A stretch of 64,000 bases of DNA from an uncultured archaeon. Lineage in GTDB: Archaea > Thermoplasmatota > Thermoplasmata > Thermoplasmatales > Thermoplasmataceae. The stretch is from positions 1,952,001 to 2,016,000 of the forward strand of contig CP009479.1 in the NCBI GenBank assembly GCA_000965745.1. Reading direction: 5' to 3'. The position numbers and the translations under genes are program-made. The notes below the pieces were generated by a model. The model was not told the origin of the DNA. It saw nothing but the letters and a program-made list of their open reading frames with translations, and did no database searches. Positions within the stretch are counted from its first letter, which is position 1, and every line of letters begins with the position of its first letter. Positions 1 to 9,603 of this stretch are shown here, in pieces.

Positions 1-547
1 CATTATTCTTCCTGATGTAATTCCAGACCTCATCGGACGTTAACTTCAATATGGGGTTCACTTTCACCAGGTTACGCCGGGAATCCAATTCAAGAACCTC
101 TGCATCCTGCCTGAAGCTGGTCTGGTCTGCCCTGAGGCCGGTTACCCATGCTTTCTTCCCTTTCAGCAACCTGTTCAGGGGTTCCACTTTCCTTATTCCG
201 CAGCATAGTTTCCTGTTCTCCACAGATTTGTAGAAGAGGTTCATCCCTTTGTTCCGGACCATTTCCTCGACCTTCCCAAATTCCGGGAAGTATGACCTTA
301 TAACTACTCCGTAATTGGACGCCACTCTGTCCATGAGTTCGTAGGTCTCCTCTGGCAGCCTTCCGGTATCAATTGTAGCTATGGGAATCCGGACATCCTT
401 CTTCGCCATCATGTCTATAACAACCATATCTTCAGCGCCGAAGCTTGAAGTAAATACTGCATCTTCCCCGAAACTATTCCAGGTCCACTCGAGTATCTCC
501 TCTGGCGTCAGAGCCTCGATCTCTGGATAGTTCTCTTTCAGTGACAT
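1..547 (-). CDS. cysH: Phosphoadenylyl-sulfate/adenylyl-sulfate reductase (thioredoxin-dependent), 3' end runs off the window
   Basis: Manual minus-strand translation (not in the ORF track) gives MSLKENYPEIEAL...FTSSFGAED...IDTGRLPEETY...LCCGIRKVEPL...AWVTGLRADQ. The CC motif is typical of Fe-S APS reductases. Confidence 0.9.
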   Translation of the reverse strand, partial: MSLKENYPEIEALTPEEILEWTWNSFGEDAVFTSSFGAEDMVVIDMMAKKDVRIPIATIDTGRLPEETYELMDRVASNYGVVIRSYFPEFGKVEEMVRNKGMNLFYKSVENRKLCCGIRKVEPLNRLLKGKKAWVTGLRADQTSFRQDAEVLELDSRRNLVKVNPILKLTSDEVWNYIRKNN

Positions 548-584
548 ATGCATTACAATTCCCGTGGAGCATATTAGCGCTTGT

Positions 585-613
585 TTGTGGGAAGTTTAAG
601 TGAGTTGTGGGAA
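585..613. promoter_or_regulatory. Direct repeat TTGTGGGAA x2 (585-593, 605-613) in the cysH/comA divergent promoter; candidate operator
   Basis: An exact 9-mer is repeated at 20-bp spacing in the 117-bp intergenic region. Confidence 0.45.
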
Positions 614-664
614 CTAAATGCGCATATGTCAACTATTTAAGCACCCTCTCATTAATCAGGGTGA

Positions 665-1654
665 ATGATTTCAAACAGATTCCTTGGTGACCTAATCCCG
701 TTGGAAAATGACAGGAAGGGGCTGGGAAATACAATGGTTCTTGACAGGCTGGCACCCATAGACTGGGAAATCCTTCCCGACCTTGCATCCTTTATCAGTG
801 TTGTGAAGATAGGCTGGACACTGCCCCTGCTTCTCAAGAGAAGCACGCTGGTTGACAGAATCAGCAGATACAGGAAATCCGGGGTATCAGTATCACCTGG
901 AGGAACACTTCTTGAGATGGCAGTCAACAAGGGAAGGGCGGACAAGGCTCTCGAATCAATCAGGGATGCCGGTTTTGACACTGTTGAGCTGAGTGAAGGA
1001 GTCATTGATGTGCCTCCCTATATAAAGAAGGGAATAGTTGATTTTGCCCATTCAAACGGAATGAGGCTGAACATAGAGGTGGGGAAGAAGAATCCGAGAA
1101 ATCAGCTGAGCCTCGATGAAACTATACAGAGGGTTTCTGAGTCCCTGGATTTTGGCCCTGATTTTGTAATCATAGAAGGGAGGGAGGCGGGACGGAGTGT
1201 TGAGATTTTTGACGACCTCGGTGACATCAAATGGGACTGGGTAAACAGGATAATCGAGGAGTATCCCCGGAACAGGATAATGTTTGAGGCACCGATTGAG
1301 AAACAGCAGATCGAGCTGGTGATAAGGCTTGGATCATCTGTAAACCTGGGAAACGTATCATTCAACAGTGTTGCTGCACTTGAGACACAAAGGCGCGGCC
1401 TTCGTGGTGACACTTTTGGAGTTGTTGACAACACAGTGAAAGTCTCGGGTCCACCCTCAAACAAGTTCGTCTATTACATAGTCGCAAACCATGGCCCGAT
1501 TGATCAGGCCTCCATGATGGATCTGACCGGGATGAACAGGAAAACTGTGCAGAATGCCTTGACTGAACTGCTAGAGAATGGCCTGATAAAGGCAGCCACT
1601 GACAGGAAGGACCTGAGGAAGCGTGTTTATTCCATAAATTCCGGCCTGCAGTGA
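665..1654 (+). CDS. comA: Phosphosulfolactate synthase (ComA family) fused to a C-terminal winged HTH
   Basis: ComA motifs TMVLD, PGGTLLE, EVGKK, IIEGREAG, FEAP and LETQRRGLRGDTFG. The last ~70 aa (IDQASMMDLTGMNRKTVQNALTELLENGLI...DLRKRVY) are MarR-like wHTH. Confidence 0.85.
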   Translation: MISNRFLGDLIPLENDRKGLGNTMVLDRLAPIDWEILPDLASFISVVKIGWTLPLLLKRSTLVDRISRYRKSGVSVSPGGTLLEMAVNKGRADKALESIRDAGFDTVELSEGVIDVPPYIKKGIVDFAHSNGMRLNIEVGKKNPRNQLSLDETIQRVSESLDFGPDFVIIEGREAGRSVEIFDDLGDIKWDWVNRIIEEYPRNRIMFEAPIEKQQIELVIRLGSSVNLGNVSFNSVAALETQRRGLRGDTFGVVDNTVKVSGPPSNKFVYYIVANHGPIDQASMMDLTGMNRKTVQNALTELLENGLIKAATDRKDLRKRVYSINSGLQ

Positions 1655-1928
1655 GGAAATGCCCCAACTGTTTTGTAGCGATCGCTCACAATTACTGATC
1701 CGGGCACTCCTGTGCCACACATAGGGGTCCGGTTGAAGTATAGTTCGTAAACCAGATGAGTTACGTGAAGTTCCTTCTAAGAACATGGGGGCTGCAGCCA
1801 CGGCCGCTGCAAGAAGGAAACTTTCAGCAAGTGCTCCACTGCCGGGTTCACCATCGGACGCAATTTATGTTATCAATGACACACTGTTATGCTCGCCAGT
1901 ACATCCCTGACCGGTATCTTTCACGATA

Positions 1929-2534
1929 TTATGAAACTACAAATGTGCCATACATCCATCCGGGAGTCTCCATGGAAAACGGCCCGCATTCACACATACA
2001 TCCCCATGAGTATACACCTGGTTGGGTGAAAGTTACATTAGTCATGACAGCAGAATCTGGCGGTATTGGAATATTCAGGCCATTGCTGGTAGTGAAGGTG
2101 TGGGAGATATTGGAAGGCGCGATGAAGGAAACACCTCTTGCAGAAGGCAGGAACACTTCAGAATCACTGATTGGGAAACTGGAATTTGTATACTGCTTTA
2201 CGTTCATTATGCCGGTATCTGACCCGGAAAGGTTTGCATCAGAGGATTTAAGCAATTTGTCGATACCAGGGTCCTGGTTGAACACCGTTATCCTTACGGA
2301 GACATTGGAGGGGACGTTTATTGCCGCTGAAGACTGGTCCACACCCCCAACAAGGACGTAGAAAGCATAATCCGTGACGTTGTCCTGTGTCCGCAGGGCA
2401 ATTCCAAGATTGAGCTGGAAGGATGAAGTCTGTTTCACAGGGTGTGGCAATTGAGGCACATAGGGCGATATGGATATGAAAAGAGAGAGGATGATGAAAA
2501 ACAATGCCACAGCCATCAGCTTCTGATTGCCCAT
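1929..2534 (-). CDS. Membrane-anchored cupredoxin-fold (copper-binding) protein
   Basis: N-terminal TM helix, an SHTFT His ligand, and C-terminal FTQPGVYSWGCMCECGPFSMETPGWMYGTFVV. Confidence 0.7.
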   Translation of the reverse strand: MGNQKLMAVALFFIILSLFISISPYVPQLPHPVKQTSSFQLNLGIALRTQDNVTDYAFYVLVGGVDQSSAAINVPSNVSVRITVFNQDPGIDKLLKSSDANLSGSDTGIMNVKQYTNSSFPISDSEVFLPSARGVSFIAPSNISHTFTTSNGLNIPIPPDSAVMTNVTFTQPGVYSWGCMCECGPFSMETPGWMYGTFVVS

Positions 2535-2638
2535 CTTACCCGTATATTAACACTGCGTAGAAAATTAACACATGCTGTTATATGTAAGTGATTTTCGGTA
2601 ATATGCGCTGTGAATGCCGCAATATTACCGGCCAGAAA

Positions 2639-4021
2639 TTAATGGCTAACTAGCTCTGAGCTCTCCCTGCTTATCTCTTCTAGTGTTTTTCCTTTCGTTT
2701 CCGGGATGATGAAGTACATGATTACACTTGACGCGATTGCTATTCCGGCATATACCAATACCATGTACCCAAGCCCGAGAGCCTTGAGAAACAGCGGAAA
2801 AGATGTGATAGCAAGACCTACCGCTATTTTGTCGATTGAAACGTTTATTGCCTGGCCGCTGGCCCTTACTTTAGTAGGAATCAATTCTGGAACTATTATC
2901 GTGCCTCCAATGATTGTTGCGGGTCCAGATGCAGCAAAGAAGTAGTTGAAGAGATAGAATGTGAATCCAAGGGTTGCTGCAAAACCTGTGAGGCCACCGA
3001 GTATTACCGAGCTCTGTGGAATTCCGAAGATGCCGGGGTTTATCTGAAGAAGGGAGAACAGGACAAGTGATACGAAAACTCCCGCATATCCAAGAACAAC
3101 CAGTTTCTTCCTTCCAACCCTGTCGATCAGGAATATTGAGACTATTGTCCCTGGAATTCCTGCCAGGAAGACTGCCGCGTATGTGAAACCAACAGGCGTT
3201 AAACCAAGATTGGCTGCTATCGTAATGGGCCCATAGATTGTGAATGTGCTGGAATAGGTATCATAAAGAATCCACAATATTGCACCTGCCAGGATCAGGG
3301 GCATGGAAGTACCGAGACGCCTCAGGTAGCCTACGTTATCTTTGGGTGCCCTTTCGCCAGCCCCTTTTTTGAAAACAGGATCAGCTGGCTCTACAGATTC
3401 CCCCTTAACCCTTGCAGTGAATCTGTATGTTTCTGGAATCTTTCTTCTGTAATATATGACAAAGAGGGAGGGTACTGCTCCAAATGCCAGAACTATCTTC
3501 CAGGCGAGTTCGGGGGCCACGAAAGCTGAAGTAACCTGTACAACCAGTGCCGCCAGCGTCGCACCCAGTGAGAACATTATGGAAAAGGAAACCGCCATTA
3601 GCTTGCCCCTGTCCTTCATGTTTGAGTTCTCTGCCATTATCACTGGGGACATGACGTAATCGCCGCCTATTCCAAATCCGAGAACCAGCCTGGCTACAAA
3701 AAGGAGGGTGAAGTTTGAAACAAAGAGCTGTGAAATAGCGCCTATGAATATCAGCAGAAGATCTATACCATACATTGGCTTCCTTCCGATCTTGTCTGCC
3801 ACAAGGCCGAAAAGCATTGCACCTGCAGCAGCGCCATAAAACGAGGAGGCCGTCAATACCGAAGACTCAATCGTTGAAAGGTGAAGATACATAACGACCG
3901 GAAAAAACACCAGGGAAATCGCGTAAAGGTTGTATGAATCGGAGAACACTCCCATTCCGCTGACTATTACATTTCTTATGTGGAACGGTTTCAATCTGCT
4001 TTTATCGAGTTCGTTGAACAC
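2639..4021 (-). CDS. MFS transporter (sugar porter / phosphate:H+ symporter-like)
   Basis: DKIGRK and DRVGRK MFS motifs, GFGIGGDY, PETKGKTLEE, about 12 TM segments. Confidence 0.9.
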   Translation of the reverse strand: MFNELDKSRLKPFHIRNVIVSGMGVFSDSYNLYAISLVFFPVVMYLHLSTIESSVLTASSFYGAAAGAMLFGLVADKIGRKPMYGIDLLLIFIGAISQLFVSNFTLLFVARLVLGFGIGGDYVMSPVIMAENSNMKDRGKLMAVSFSIMFSLGATLAALVVQVTSAFVAPELAWKIVLAFGAVPSLFVIYYRRKIPETYRFTARVKGESVEPADPVFKKGAGERAPKDNVGYLRRLGTSMPLILAGAILWILYDTYSSTFTIYGPITIAANLGLTPVGFTYAAVFLAGIPGTIVSIFLIDRVGRKKLVVLGYAGVFVSLVLFSLLQINPGIFGIPQSSVILGGLTGFAATLGFTFYLFNYFFAASGPATIIGGTIIVPELIPTKVRASGQAINVSIDKIAVGLAITSFPLFLKALGLGYMVLVYAGIAIASSVIMYFIIPETKGKTLEEISRESSELVSH

Positions 4022-4100
4022 AATTCAAGTATTGCGGGTGGGTATAAAAAAGTTGAGTAGTTACTCAAAAAATAGTAATAGTTTCACAGATTCCAGGCAC

Positions 4101-4988
4101 TTAACGCGGCCTATTCTCCCTTGAAAGCAGTTCTGACCATCGTCTTTCCACGGCCTCCTGAATCATGGAAGTCTCGGTGCTGTTGAGGTGCCTGAATCTA
4201 TTCTGCTTTCTTAAATATTCCCAGACCTGGAGCTGTTCCGAAGGCCTTGTCAGTTTGAACATCCCGTTCCTGTATTCATAGAGCGGAAATATTCTGGTTT
4301 TCACAGCCAGCCTGGACATTTCCACCGTTTCATCAGGTGAGAAGTACCACCCGGTGGGACAGGGGGTGAGTATCTGAATGAATTTTGGCCCCTCTGTCTC
4401 CTTCGCATTCCTGACTTTTCTGATGAGGTCCTCAGGGTATGCTATCGTCGCAGTTGCAACGTAAGGAACACCCTGGGCAATCATGAGGTCAGCAACCATT
4501 TTCTTTTCCTGTTTCTTGAAGTTTCTCCTCTTCCCGAGAGGAGTTGTGGTTGTGGTTGCACCGAACGGCGTGCTCCCTGACCTCTGTACACCGGTGTTCA
4601 TGTAAGCTTCATTGTCATACATGATGTAGAATACATTGTGGCCCCTTTCCATTGCGCCACTCAGGGACTGGAGTCCAATATCCGCAGTCCCTCCATCCCC
4701 TGCAAAGCCTACAACACTGTAATCCTCTTTCCCCTGCAGGTCAAGAGATTCCCTGATGCCTGTAATTGATGCACCTGTCGACGCGAATGGTGTGTATATC
4801 ATTGGAACATCGAGGCTCCTGTAAGGCATTGCACCAGGTATCACGGCCCAGCATGATGCAGGCACCGAAACTACTGTCTTCTCTCCCAGGCCCTTAAGAA
4901 GGTATCTCATCGCAAGAGTTGCCCCGCACCCATGGCAGGCGGTGTGGCCGGGTTCCATGAGTTCTTCCCTGGGTAACGAGAATGGCAT
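4101..4988 (-). CDS. porB: Pyruvate/2-oxoacid:ferredoxin oxidoreductase beta subunit
   Basis: GHTACHGCG, TPP-binding GDGG...YDNEAYMNTG, PCPTGW. Confidence 0.93.
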   Translation of the reverse strand: MPFSLPREELMEPGHTACHGCGATLAMRYLLKGLGEKTVVSVPASCWAVIPGAMPYRSLDVPMIYTPFASTGASITGIRESLDLQGKEDYSVVGFAGDGGTADIGLQSLSGAMERGHNVFYIMYDNEAYMNTGVQRSGSTPFGATTTTTPLGKRRNFKKQEKKMVADLMIAQGVPYVATATIAYPEDLIRKVRNAKETEGPKFIQILTPCPTGWYFSPDETVEMSRLAVKTRIFPLYEYRNGMFKLTRPSEQLQVWEYLRKQNRFRHLNSTETSMIQEAVERRWSELLSRENRPR

Positions 4989-6167
4989 TTATTCACCTCC
5001 TTTTGTGTTTATCCAGCGTATCCCTTCACTGCCTTCTTCAACCATTTCGTACATCTTTCTGAATTCCTCCACCCTGACATCCCTGCCGCCGAGGCCTGCT
5101 ACGAATCCTGTTAGTGGGACATCTGCCTTTCTGTACAGGGATGCAGACACTTCGGAGTAGAGAGACCCCCCATCCGAGAAAGCAAGTGATCTGTCTATTA
5201 CGCCGGCTCCCTTCAGGCCCTTCAGTGAGCTGACGATTTCTTCTGACGGGAAAGGCCTGAAAAATTTGACCCGGACAAGGCCAACCTTTTTGCCTTCATT
5301 TCTTAGGAGGTTGACCACATGCTTTGCAGTGGAGGCAAGAGTTCCGGTTGCCACCAGTGCAAACTCGGCATCTTCCATCATGTAGTTGTCCGTAAGTCCG
5401 GCATAGTCACGGCCAAAACTCTCTGAAAAGTCCCTGTATGTCTTCTCGATGACAGCCCTGGCTTTGTTCATTGAGTCTGCCATGTCCTTCTTGAGTTCCA
5501 TGAATGGCCCATCCGGAGTGGAATAGGAGCCATAGCCCATGGGGTTCTTGAAATCCACCGTGAAGTCCAGGTCAAATTCAGGGAGGAAATCCCTTACCTG
5601 CGAAATATCCGGGACAGTCACAGGCTCTGATGTATGGGAAAGTATGAAGGCATCTTCCATGCTCATCAGTGGGAGTTTGACACTCCTGTCCTCCGCTATC
5701 CTGTACCCCATTATGATTGTATCAAGAACTTCCTGGTTTGACTCGCAGTAAACCTGCAACCACCCCGTGTCCTTCTGGTTCATGCTGTCTGTCTGGTCTG
5801 CCCATATATTCCATGGCGGGCCTATAGCCCTGTTAACCACACTGACAACTATGGGAAGCCTCATTCCGGCAGTCCAGTGAAGCATTTCATGCATGTAAAG
5901 CAGCCCGTGGGAACTTGTTGCCGTGTACGAACGCACCCCCGTGAGTTCGCTGGAAAAGACTGCAGTCATTGCGCTGTGCTCGCTCTCCACCTCAACATAC
6001 CTGGCATCAAGCTCTTCGTTGGCCACCATTTCTGCCAGTTTCTCGACGATTGTGGTCTGCGGCGTTATAGGATAGGCTGAGATAAACCTGACGTCAGAGA
6101 GTTTCACCCCAATTGCTGCCGCCTCGTTTCCCGTCACAAGCGCCTTCGTCTGTGCCATGGACTTCAT
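4989..6167 (-). CDS. porA: Pyruvate/2-oxoacid:ferredoxin oxidoreductase alpha subunit
   Basis: GNEAAA, AYPITPQT, VESEHSA, TATSSHGL, GLGGRD. Confidence 0.93.
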   Translation of the reverse strand: MKSMAQTKALVTGNEAAAIGVKLSDVRFISAYPITPQTTIVEKLAEMVANEELDARYVEVESEHSAMTAVFSSELTGVRSYTATSSHGLLYMHEMLHWTAGMRLPIVVSVVNRAIGPPWNIWADQTDSMNQKDTGWLQVYCESNQEVLDTIIMGYRIAEDRSVKLPLMSMEDAFILSHTSEPVTVPDISQVRDFLPEFDLDFTVDFKNPMGYGSYSTPDGPFMELKKDMADSMNKARAVIEKTYRDFSESFGRDYAGLTDNYMMEDAEFALVATGTLASTAKHVVNLLRNEGKKVGLVRVKFFRPFPSEEIVSSLKGLKGAGVIDRSLAFSDGGSLYSEVSASLYRKADVPLTGFVAGLGGRDVRVEEFRKMYEMVEEGSEGIRWINTKGGE

Positions 6168-6463
6168 TGACTCAGACCTCCCTCCAGGGACATTTCAATT
6201 GAGTCTTCAGGGCATTCGTATGCGCATATTCCGCACCCCTTGCAGTGTTCAAGGTCTATCTCCGGAGCCTCGAGTTTCCCTATGCGCTCGCTGGGGGCTT
6301 CCAGAGCATTGGATTCCGATACGGTGATTGCGTTATCGGGGCAGAATTTCCAGCATATCATGCACCTGATGCATGTTGAATAATCAATCCGGGGAGTCTG
6401 AATGCGCCATGAATCTGTCCTGTTTTCCCTTGATCCCTTTTGCGTTACAGGAACTAAAACCAT
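6164..6463 (-). CDS. porD: 2-oxoacid:ferredoxin oxidoreductase delta subunit (2x[4Fe-4S])
   Basis: CIRCMICWKFCP and CKGCGICAYECP, lying within the por operon. Confidence 0.92.
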   Translation of the reverse strand: MVLVPVTQKGSRENRTDSWRIQTPRIDYSTCIRCMICWKFCPDNAITVSESNALEAPSERIGKLEAPEIDLEHCKGCGICAYECPEDSIEMSLEGGLSQ

Positions 6464-6466
6464 ATG

Positions 6467-7018
6467 CTACCACCCCGCCCTGGCAGAGTCATATGCGTCA
6501 AGGACAGCTGCAGCATTCTCGTCACCATATCTTGGAGATGCAGTTCTTGTGGCTTCGACTATGCTATCTAGAGAGACGTTTTGGTCTGCTTTAGCGAACG
6601 CACCAAGTATGGCGGTGTTGACTATGGGGTTGGCCCTGCTTCCAAGATTGTGCCTTATTGCTATCGAAGTGGCGTCCACAGTCACTACCTTCCTGCCTGT
6701 TCCAAACTCCTCAGGTGGCTTGCTTGAATTGATGACCAGCAGCCCATCTTCCTTTAGCCCCTTCATAACGTCTGTGGACCCCATAACTGATGAGTCCAGT
6801 ATTACGATGGCGTCAGGGTCGTATATCTGGCTTCTGAGAAATATCCTCTTCTCATCGATCCTGGTGAAGGAAGTAACGGGGGCACCTCTTCTTTCAGTCC
6901 CGAAGAATGGAAATGATAAAACATACTTTCCTTCGTTGAAAGCTGCAAGCGCAAGAATTCTTGAGGCCGTTACAGCACCCTGCCCGCCCCTGCCATGAAA
7001 ACGAATTTCGAGCATCAA
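6467..7018 (-). CDS. porG: 2-oxoacid:ferredoxin oxidoreductase gamma subunit
   Basis: EIRFHGRGGQGAVT, FGTERRGAPV. Confidence 0.93.
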   Translation of the reverse strand: MMLEIRFHGRGGQGAVTASRILALAAFNEGKYVLSFPFFGTERRGAPVTSFTRIDEKRIFLRSQIYDPDAIVILDSSVMGSTDVMKGLKEDGLLVINSSKPPEEFGTGRKVVTVDATSIAIRHNLGSRANPIVNTAILGAFAKADQNVSLDSIVEATRTASPRYGDENAAAVLDAYDSARAGW

Positions 7019-7446
7019 ATATCACCGTCTGAAAACAATCATCTCAATCGTATTATACTTCATGCCGTATTATGTGGGGTTGCAGACTCAATGTCATGCC
7101 CACAGAACCAGGTTTTGGGGTTACATTGGAAAATTCTTGTGATTTATATTATATGAATGTTCAAATAAATGTATATTAAAACCCCTGGCAGCAGTCAGCC
7201 TCCAGGATGCATCCACAATCAGCGCAGAACGGCTGATGATGATAACTCTCGCAGTTCCGGCATTGGCACGTAGGTTCGAAACAATCAGCACACATTATAT
7301 TACACAATGATCACCTGTTATTAATCTGATTTGTGACATTTCAATGCAAATTCAACTGGCAATGGTGCTGCCTTCCAGTTGCAAGTGAGAGCTTCGATCG
7401 GATACAGTGAAACAAATAAGGGGTTTACGGATCATGAAGTATTACC

Positions 7447-8340
7447 TTGCCTGATTACAACGAACCTGAAGAGACGATCTACTCATTGATCAGAGAGTCC
7501 TTTCCGGACTTGAGCCTGGAGAGCATGGAGCTTGTAGACTCCGGGTGGGAGAATTATGTGGTCATTGCCAATAGAAAGATAGCGTTCAAGATCCCGAGAA
7601 AAATGGAAGGTGGGGAGCCCCTCACCAGGGAAATTTCAATAACCGGGTGCCTGAAGGACAGCCCGGTTGGAGTCCCCGTTTTCAAATATGTCAGCTCCCA
7701 TGGAGAGGTGCCTGTTGCAGGCTACGATCTAATTGAAGGCGACCCCCTCAATTCAATTGTGCGTCTGACATCACCAATAATAGCACAACTTGCAGAATTT
7801 CTGAATTACCTGTTCTCCAGGAAAGATGATGGCTGCGTGATAAACGCAATTGGATACCGTTCTGCGGAAGATTGGGTTAAAAAATACACGGAATACAGGG
7901 AGAACCTGTACTCGTCGTTGATTGAACTGCTCGATGATCAAACCTTGTCTGTCATCGCATTAAGATTTGACGAATTCCTGAATAATTCGTGCCGGACGCT
8001 GCAAACCTCCCCTGTTCACGGGGACCTCTACAGGGGTAATGTGCTTGTTGGGGCGGACGCATGTGCCGTAAAAGGAGTTATTGACTGGGGAACCGCAGAA
8101 TTTGGAGATCCTGCCATAGACTTTGCTGCAGTTGCAGTCGATTTTGACATCGAGCAGGTAGAAGAGATTCTTGAATCCTACGAAGGCCCTGTCGATAAAT
8201 ATTTTCGGGACAGGGTGGAATTTTACTGGCAGATGGAGCCCACCTACGGCATCCTGTACTTCTCCGGCAGGGATGAAGAAGAATGCGAGCGCCATGTAAA
8301 GGAGTTGCAAAAGAGGATATCAAAGGGGCTCTACGGGTGA
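7447..8340 (+). CDS. Aminoglycoside phosphotransferase (APH/kinase-like) family protein
   Basis: Brenner-type HGDLYRGNVL and IDWGTAEFGDPAIDF. Confidence 0.85.
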   Translation: MPDYNEPEETIYSLIRESFPDLSLESMELVDSGWENYVVIANRKIAFKIPRKMEGGEPLTREISITGCLKDSPVGVPVFKYVSSHGEVPVAGYDLIEGDPLNSIVRLTSPIIAQLAEFLNYLFSRKDDGCVINAIGYRSAEDWVKKYTEYRENLYSSLIELLDDQTLSVIALRFDEFLNNSCRTLQTSPVHGDLYRGNVLVGADACAVKGVIDWGTAEFGDPAIDFAAVAVDFDIEQVEEILESYEGPVDKYFRDRVEFYWQMEPTYGILYFSGRDEEECERHVKELQKRISKGLYG

Positions 8341-8405
8341 TCTTTCCTCGATTCAGGAAAGGCATGGTTTTTTAATCTCTCATTCAGTTGTTTCAGGCAG
8401 GGGCA

Positions 8406-9479
8406 GTGCACATTACACTCAAAAGGGCAAGGGATTTGGGAATAGTATTTGAGGGCGAAACGGGCGGAATGAATAGTATAACTGATGTTCCGGAGGTTGA
8501 GGTTGGCCACTCCACCATAATATTTGGCGATCGGGAAAGTGTTGTTGGTTCAGGTCCTGCCAGAACCGGCATAACTGCCATACTTCCGCTTGGAAAGAAG
8601 AAAGTCAACTCAAACTTACTGGCTGGCGCTTCAGTCCTTAACGGCAATGGAGAGTTAACCGGCATCTCATGGCTGGAAGAGTCTGGAATGCTTTCGGGGC
8701 CCGTAATGCTTACAAACACATACAGTGTCGGGAAAGTGAGGGACGCGGTGCTGAAGTACATGACAGATAATGAGCTGGAGTCGGACTCACTCCCCGTCGT
8801 TGGGGAAATATCAGACGAGTACCTCAATGACATCAGGGGGCAGCACATCAGGGAAGAGCATGTTTTTGAATCGATAGGCAGGGCACAGAGAGAAAATGTT
8901 GAGGAAGGAAATGTTGGAGGAGGTACAGGGGCAGTGTGTTACGAATTCAAGGGCGGAATCGGCACTTCTTCAAGAATCCTGGAAGTATTGGAACGGGAAT
9001 ATTCTGTCGGTGTCATTGTTCAGGCAAATCACGGGCTCAGGCATCACCTGAACATCAACGGGATACCGGTTGGCCAGCACATCAGGAATAATCTCGTAAG
9101 AACTAAGGAGAGTGGCTCCATAGTAGGCGTGATAATCACGGATGCCCCCCTTCTCCCCCATCAGCTTAAAAGACTCTCAAGGAGGGCTTTCCTCGGACTG
9201 GCCAGAACAGGAAGCGTTTCCTCGAATGGATCAGGAGATTTCTTCCTGTCCATATCCACTGCTAATTCCTATGACGTCGATCCCGGCAGTATGGTTGAAT
9301 CCACGTGGATACCAAATAGCTCGATTGACCCGTTGCTTGAAAACGTGGTTTATTCAACGGAGGAGGCAATAATAAATGCCCTAGTAGCCGCGGAATCCAT
9401 GAGTGGTTTCGGGAGGCATTATGTTTCGGCAATGCCCCATGACAGGGTCCAGGAACTTTTGAAAAAGAGACGGAACTGA
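8406..9479 (+). CDS. DmpA/P1 (S58) family aminopeptidase
   Basis: RARDLG, ITDVPEVEVGH, EEGNVGGGTG, KGGIGTSSR, the GS autoproteolysis site and NGSGD. Confidence 0.9.
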   Translation: MHITLKRARDLGIVFEGETGGMNSITDVPEVEVGHSTIIFGDRESVVGSGPARTGITAILPLGKKKVNSNLLAGASVLNGNGELTGISWLEESGMLSGPVMLTNTYSVGKVRDAVLKYMTDNELESDSLPVVGEISDEYLNDIRGQHIREEHVFESIGRAQRENVEEGNVGGGTGAVCYEFKGGIGTSSRILEVLEREYSVGVIVQANHGLRHHLNINGIPVGQHIRNNLVRTKESGSIVGVIITDAPLLPHQLKRLSRRAFLGLARTGSVSSNGSGDFFLSISTANSYDVDPGSMVESTWIPNSSIDPLLENVVYSTEEAIINALVAAESMSGFGRHYVSAMPHDRVQELLKKRRN

Positions 9480-9603
9480 TCTAATGCGTGTTTCTCGAAG
9501 TATAGCTACATTTGCAAACATTCAATTAAGGACAATATTAACAATAAATCCATCAAAAATAATGTTTAAATATCGGATAGCTGTAAATTTAGATAGATAA
9601 TTT

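Noticed and set aside
7447-8340. Calling the APH-family gene an antibiotic-resistance determinant
   Set aside because: Only the generic kinase-fold motifs are visible, so the substrate cannot be inferred.
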